A stretch of DNA of 64,000 bases from NCBI GenBank assembly GCA_036502605.1, contig DASXYI010000004.1, forward strand, positions 5,712 through 69,711, read 5' to 3'. Below the pieces are notes generated by a model. It was not told the origin of the DNA. It worked only from the letters and a program-made list of their open reading frames with translations, and did no database searches. The position numbers and the translations under genes were made by a program. Shown piece after piece: positions 59,468 to 64,000 of the stretch. Within the stretch, counting starts at the first letter, position 1; every line of letters starts with the position of its first letter. The DNA comes from Steroidobacteraceae bacterium (lineage in GTDB: Bacteria > Pseudomonadota > Gammaproteobacteria > Steroidobacterales > Steroidobacteraceae).

Positions 59468-60595
59468 ATGTCTTTTGGCGGACCGGTGGCGCACATCGGT
59501 TACTTCCGCGAGGAATTCGTCGTGCGCCGCCGGTGGATCGACGATCCGGCCTTCTCGGATTTGGTGGCGCTGTGTCAGTTCTTGCCGGGCCCCGCGAGCA
59601 GCCAACTCGGATTCGCCATCGGCCTGATACGAGCGGGCTACCTAGGCGGCCTCGCCGCTTGGACCGGCTTTACGTTGCCGTCCGCCATAGCGCTGCTGCT
59701 GGTTGCGTACGGAGCGGATGCCGCGACTGGATCAGCTGCCATGGGGCTGTTGCACGGCCTGAAATTGGTTGCGGTCGCCATCGTCGCGCAGGCCGTCTGG
59801 GGCATGGCACGGACCCTATGTCCTGATCGGCAGCGTGCATCCATGGCGGTCGTGGCCACGATCATCATGCTGGCAAGCGCGTCATCGATCACTCAGATCG
59901 TGGTATTGCTGTCGGGCGGCATCGCAGGGTTCCGGCTATGCCGAACATCAGCGCCCGCGTCGACAGCGGCCATGGTGGTACCGGTCTCGCAAGGCATCGC
60001 CAAACTGTCGCTCGTCATATTCACTCTCTTGCTGATCGGTCTGCCCATGCTCCGTGGATTGGCATCATGGCACGGGGTGGCGCTGTTCGATGCGTTCTAC
60101 CGGTCGGGTGCGCTGGTATTCGGCGGCGGCCACATCGTGCTGCCCTTGCTGCGCAATGCGTTCGTGGCATCGGGTTGGGTCGCCGACGAGATCTTTCTCG
60201 CGGGCTACGGGGCCGCGCAGGCGGTGCCCGGTCCGCTGTTCTCTTTCGCGGCATATCTCGGCGCCGTCGCGGCGCCATTGCCGCATCGTGTTGCGGGCGC
60301 CGCGCTCGGACTGATCGGCATTTTTCTTCCCGGCATGCTGATCCTACTGGGAACCCTACCCTTCTGGGACAAACTCCGCGTCCGGACCGGCGCGCAAGCC
60401 ATTGTGCGCGGCGTCAACGCCGCTGTCGTGGGTCTACTCGGCGCTGCGCTGTACGATCCGATTTGGATCAGTTCAGTCAAAACCAGCGGAGATTTCAGCG
60501 CGGTGCTCGTTGGTTTTACCTTGCTGACCGTGTGGCGGGCACCGCCGCTGCTGATCGTCATCCTCGGAGCCCTGACCGGCGTGTACCGGGGCTAA
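59468..60595 (+). CDS. chrA: chromate ion transporter (CHR family)
   Basis: 375 aa from the first ATG. ..SFGGPVAHIGYFREEFVVRRRWIDD.. and a second-half ..FGGGHIVLPLL.. repeat. The conserved N-terminal motif continues upstream of the ATG (AEVLRVFLKLGL-MSFGGP) with no ATG, GTG or TTG available, so the true start is unresolved. Confidence 0.85.
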   Translation: MSFGGPVAHIGYFREEFVVRRRWIDDPAFSDLVALCQFLPGPASSQLGFAIGLIRAGYLGGLAAWTGFTLPSAIALLLVAYGADAATGSAAMGLLHGLKLVAVAIVAQAVWGMARTLCPDRQRASMAVVATIIMLASASSITQIVVLLSGGIAGFRLCRTSAPASTAAMVVPVSQGIAKLSLVIFTLLLIGLPMLRGLASWHGVALFDAFYRSGALVFGGGHIVLPLLRNAFVASGWVADEIFLAGYGAAQAVPGPLFSFAAYLGAVAAPLPHRVAGAALGLIGIFLPGMLILLGTLPFWDKLRVRTGAQAIVRGVNAAVVGLLGAALYDPIWISSVKTSGDFSAVLVGFTLLTVWRAPPLLIVILGALTGVYRG

Positions 60596-60609
60596 GGAAT
60601 TCAGGCGGC

Positions 60610-62004
60610 ATGGCAGCGATCGAGGAAGGCACGCCGCGTAATCCGTCGCTACAATCGCTGATGGATGGTCTGCCGACGCCCCGCCGCTATCTGGCAATCC
60701 TTGCGGTTGCCTTTGGAACCGCGCTTGCGGTGCTCGACGGTTCGATCGTGACGGTCGCGCTACCGACATTGGCGCGCGACCTGGGCGTAGATGCCTCCGC
60801 AGCGGTATTGGTGGTCACCGTGTATCAGCTGGTGCTGGTAATGGCGCTGCTGCCATTCTCGGCGCTCGGAAGCCGAATCGGATTGCGTCGCCTGTACCAA
60901 TATGGCCAGGTCATATTCCTGGTGGCGACCATCCTCTGTTTTTTCGCCAGGAGCCTGCCGTTTTTGCTGGTGGTGCGCGCCATCCAGGCCCTTGGCGCCG
61001 CCGCTGCGCTCAGCGTGTCGAGTGCGCTGATTCGCGCGATCTATCCCGCGCGGCAGCTGGGCCGAGGGTTAGGCATCAGCAACGTCGTCGTCTCCAGCGC
61101 CGGCGCCATCGCACCCACGCTTGGCGGGCTGGTGCTTTCGGTGGCGTCCTGGCCGTGGATCTTTGCCGCGGCCTCACCCTTGGCCCTGGCCTCTTTGCTG
61201 CTGGGTCGGCAAGCGCTGCCCGAGCCTCAAGGTCACGAAGAGCCCTTTGACGTTCTTGGCGCGCTGCTCTGCGCGCTGACGTTCGGCCTCATCATCTCTG
61301 GCATGGAGAGCGCCGTGCACGGCAATTCGCCGGTGATCTCGGCCGCGATTGTCGCGGCTGGGGGAGCGATCGCGTTCGTCTTCGTGCGGCGCGAATTGGA
61401 CTCGAAGATGCCGATACTGCCCGTCGATCTTCTGGCGCAGCCGGTGGTCGCCTTGTCCACCATCGGCGGGCTCGTCGCCTTCATCGCATCGATGACGTTC
61501 ATCCTGTCCCTGCCGTTCCGATTGCAGCAGCAATTCGGCTTCTCGCCCGGTGAGGTCGGTGCAGTCATTACGCCGTGGCCGCTGGGCATGATGATCGTCG
61601 CCCCGCTCGCGGGCATTCTGTCCGACCGTTTTCCGGCGGGATTGCTTGGCGGCATCGGCATGACAATCGCAACCATCGCGTTGCTGCTCCTGGCATTGCT
61701 TCCGCCCCATGTATCGCATTTGGACATCGCTTGGCGCATGACGCTCTCTGGAATCGGCTTCGGCCTATTTCTTGCCCCTAATGCGCGGCTAATCGTGCAT
61801 TCGGCGCCGCACGCGCGAGCGGCATCCGCCGGTGGACTGATTTCGACCACGCGACTTACCGGTCAAACACTCGGCGCCACGTTGCTCGCGGCGCTGTTGG
61901 CAGTCGGCGTCGGAAGCAACCGCGTCCCAGCGTTGCTGGCCGCCGCACTGGCGTGCCTCGCCGGTCTCTGCAGCGTCGCGCGCTTGAGCTCGCGCTTGAA
62001 ATGA
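60610..62004 (+). CDS. MFS transporter, DHA2 (EmrB/QacA-like) drug:H+ antiporter family
   Basis: ATG 60610 gives 464 aa. ..LAILAVAFGTALAVLDGSIVTVALPTLARDLG.. and ..LGSRIGLRRLY.. blocks and about 14 helices. The ORF-track start 59938 lies inside chrA. Confidence 0.88.
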   Translation: MAAIEEGTPRNPSLQSLMDGLPTPRRYLAILAVAFGTALAVLDGSIVTVALPTLARDLGVDASAAVLVVTVYQLVLVMALLPFSALGSRIGLRRLYQYGQVIFLVATILCFFARSLPFLLVVRAIQALGAAAALSVSSALIRAIYPARQLGRGLGISNVVVSSAGAIAPTLGGLVLSVASWPWIFAAASPLALASLLLGRQALPEPQGHEEPFDVLGALLCALTFGLIISGMESAVHGNSPVISAAIVAAGGAIAFVFVRRELDSKMPILPVDLLAQPVVALSTIGGLVAFIASMTFILSLPFRLQQQFGFSPGEVGAVITPWPLGMMIVAPLAGILSDRFPAGLLGGIGMTIATIALLLLALLPPHVSHLDIAWRMTLSGIGFGLFLAPNARLIVHSAPHARAASAGGLISTTRLTGQTLGATLLAALLAVGVGSNRVPALLAAALACLAGLCSVARLSSRLK

Positions 62005-62145
62005 AGCAGCGGTCCGGCGAAGCTGTGTGTTCGAATCATTGTCAAATCCGTTTGGCGCCATCACAGCGCCGCGAGATGTCGCACACTGGCGACATGCGCA
62101 AAATAAATCATTTGAATCATGTTTCATATTTTGGTCTAGTTATGG

Positions 62146-63087
62146 GTGATTGCCACCGCCTTCAGCACTTCATCGACGAGGCCCCTACAGAACGTGATTC
62201 GAGCTCTTAGCCCCTATCTTAGAAATGGCGCCATTATCAATAGCGTCGAAGGCATTCCTTCGAGCCTCGATTCGGTCCATGATGAAAATATCGCTGCAAA
62301 TTCCTATTTCTTCAGTCAGTTGGTTTGGATGCAGGAATGGTTGAGATCGGTCCATCGCTATCCCCAATTTCGCGAGCGATGGCACGCAGTCGGCGCCGAC
62401 CTCGACGGCAAAGTGGCGATCGATATCGGTTGCGGGCCCGGCAACGTCTTGAAATCACTCGGCGGCAAACCAGCCATAGCGATCGGCGTCGACGTCGCGC
62501 TCGGCAGCCTCAATCTCGCCAAAAGCCTAGGGTACATTCCGCTGCATGCCGATGCGCACAGCATGCCCCTGCGCTCGAGCTTCGCAGATATCGTGACCCT
62601 CAATGCGACCCTGCACCATTGCACCGACATGGAAAAGGTGTTGCTGGAGAGCGCGAGGCTGGTGCGCCCCGGTGGAATGTTGGTGATCGATCATGATCCC
62701 CATCTCTCCGCATGGCATTTCCGGGGTGTGGGGCTGTTGGCGTGGAACCTGCGAAAGCCGGTTTATCGATTATTGAAACGGGGCGGACATCGATCAGAAG
62801 GCGAAGAACAGGCGTGGGCGGAAAAGACCGAAGTTCATCATCGGCCGGGCGATGGAGTTACCGAGGATATGGTGCGCGCGGCGCTGGAAAGGCAGGATTT
62901 CACGGTGGATGTTTATCGGCACAACCATGTTGTAGGCGCGGGAGTCTTGGAAAGCAAAACCGGACGCGCGGCATCGAAGATACGTTGGGCGCAACGGCTC
63001 TCTGGGATCGATCCGGATTCCAGTGCCGCCGCTTTGAGCTTGATGATCGTTGCGCGCAAATCGGCGCGAGCAGACGATTGCGCCTAG
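62146..63087 (+). CDS. class I SAM-dependent methyltransferase
   Basis: Motif I ..VAIDIGCGPGNV.. and post-I ..FADIVTLNATLHH... The start is uncertain between GTG 62146 and the later internal start at MQEWLRSV... An AT-rich stretch lies immediately upstream. Confidence 0.75.
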   Translation: MIATAFSTSSTRPLQNVIRALSPYLRNGAIINSVEGIPSSLDSVHDENIAANSYFFSQLVWMQEWLRSVHRYPQFRERWHAVGADLDGKVAIDIGCGPGNVLKSLGGKPAIAIGVDVALGSLNLAKSLGYIPLHADAHSMPLRSSFADIVTLNATLHHCTDMEKVLLESARLVRPGGMLVIDHDPHLSAWHFRGVGLLAWNLRKPVYRLLKRGGHRSEGEEQAWAEKTEVHHRPGDGVTEDMVRAALERQDFTVDVYRHNHVVGAGVLESKTGRAASKIRWAQRLSGIDPDSSAAALSLMIVARKSARADDCA

Positions 63088-64000
63088 TTCGGGTGTAATC
63101 CGTAAACGTCGAGTTGGCCCGAAACCGTGGTGGAACCATAGTTCCCACCGATGTTATTACCGCGCGTCCCCACATAAACCTTGCCGTTGGCAATGGTCGG
63201 CACGGCGAACTTGATGGCATTGCCGGCGGCGTCGGTGCTCACCATGGCGCTGTTCCACAGTTCTGTCATGACGTTGGTGGCATTGACGGCGTTGTAGGCG
63301 TGGAGAACGGCTGGGCCGCAAGCCGTCGATTGATTCGTGCAGTAGGGGTTGGTGTCCAAGATCCAGACGATGCCGTTCTGCGCGCCGGCGGCCGAGACCG
63401 ACGGCGTGCCGCCCGGCCATTTGTACAGCGTGGAGGAAGCGGCAGCGGGGCTGGTACCGAATTGCGCGGTCGATCCGTTGAGCGCATAGGCGCTCAGCGA
63501 ACCGCCGGCCGAGGCAATATAGAAACTATTGTTCCAGAAGGCTCCGGTAGAAAAAATCCCGTGAGGCAGGATCACCTTCTGCACGGCATTGTTATCGTCA
63601 TTTCCTCCCAGCAGATCTCGATCCAATACGTACAGGCTGCCGTCCTTGCCGCCCCCTATTACCAGGTGCGTGTGGGGACTACCGGCCGGCAAATCGGCGA
63701 GAACAGCCGCGCCGCCGGCTCCGAAGTCTGTGTCGTTCTGCTCGAACGTCAATTGATTCGTAGGCGTGAAGTACTGCGAAACAGCCAGCGAACCGGTTAG
63801 CCGGAGCAGGGAATCGCCGTAATTATGATTCGCGGCGTTGAAGGTGCCGTTGCCGGTGAGGACATAGAGATAATTATTGGAGTCGGCCGCCATGGCGCCG
63901 CCACTCATCCAGATGCCGCCCAACGTGCCATTGGGCGCCACATTCAACACGCTCGACTGGGTAAACGACGAGCCATTGAAAGTGTAGCCCATGATCCAGC
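63084..64000 (-). CDS. beta-propeller repeat protein (PQQ/BamB-like blades), C-terminal part; the 5' end lies beyond the window end
   Basis: The frame is open from 63084 to at least 63992 and probably continues past 64000. Repetitive blade-like segments (..GGKDGSLYVLDRDLLGG.., ..FYIASAGGSLSAYAL.., ..NGKVYVGTRG..). The product call is tentative. Confidence 0.6.
   Translation of the reverse strand, partial: WIMGYTFNGSSFTQSSVLNVAPNGTLGGIWMSGGAMAADSNNYLYVLTGNGTFNAANHNYGDSLLRLTGSLAVSQYFTPTNQLTFEQNDTDFGAGGAAVLADLPAGSPHTHLVIGGGKDGSLYVLDRDLLGGNDDNNAVQKVILPHGIFSTGAFWNNSFYIASAGGSLSAYALNGSTAQFGTSPAAASSTLYKWPGGTPSVSAAGAQNGIVWILDTNPYCTNQSTACGPAVLHAYNAVNATNVMTELWNSAMVSTDAAGNAIKFAVPTIANGKVYVGTRGNNIGGNYGSTTVSGQLDVYGLHPN

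Noticed and set aside
63084-63087. Convergent methyltransferase and beta-propeller genes sharing their stop-codon region (CTAG).
   Set aside because: This is a trivial consequence of dense packing, with no evidence of functional significance.
1-64000. Search for mobile elements, integrases, toxin-antitoxin pairs, restriction-modification, CRISPR-Cas or other defence-type genes (nucleases, helicases, reverse transcriptases, STAND/AAA ATPases).
   Set aside because: None found. The only AAA-type protein is PrkA, in its canonical yeaH/spoVR context. The lone methyltransferase has no nuclease partner and has small-molecule/protein-type class I motifs.

Overview
GC-rich (over 60% by eye), gene-dense bacterial chromosomal segment with about 50 protein-coding genes. 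I saw no rRNA, tRNA, CRISPR array, transposase, integrase, phage gene or recognisable defence gene. The three TonB-dependent receptors (TBDRs) and the TPR-sulfotransferase look like those of TBDR-rich environmental Gammaproteobacteria (Steroidobacter/Nevskia-like), but that taxonomic guess is inference only.

Layout, left to right:
- Aromatic ring-cleavage genes: a partial FAH hydrolase, a VOC extradiol dioxygenase, and two abutting 3-hydroxyanthranilate-dioxygenase-like cupins.
- A TBDR, an acyl-CoA dehydrogenase remnant and CoA-transferase subunits A and B.
- SDR and aminotransferase genes, then a MarR gene followed by a translationally coupled CMD / ornithine-cyclodeaminase / bicupin trio.
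- A 13.6-kb same-strand string: TBDR, TPR-sulfotransferase, TBDR, an ammonia-lyase homolog without the MIO triad, a signal-less PhnD-like protein, a membrane desaturase and a TolB-propeller/PHP hydrolase.
- A HIBADH / enolase-superfamily / GMC oxidoreductase operon with MFS and LysR genes.
- A dimethylglycine-dehydrogenase-like / Rieske oxygenase / PotF-like module.
- PilZ, APC permease, M14 peptidase, pirin, small membrane proteins, a DMT transporter, a disulfide oxidoreductase and a GH3 enzyme.
- A decayed ABC-transporter remnant and an orphan hypothetical gene.
- prkA-yeaH-spoVR followed by a glycoside hydrolase lipoprotein, then chrA, an MFS transporter, a methyltransferase and a partial beta-propeller gene.

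The best candidate for an undescribed functional unit is the TBDR / TPR-sulfotransferase / MIO-less lyase / PBP-fold / desaturase string. Co-function there is inferred only from strand and spacing. Most of the rest is ordinary catabolic and transport chromosome. Many ORF-track entries are high-GC shadow ORFs or over-extended N-termini, and I re-set several starts by hand.
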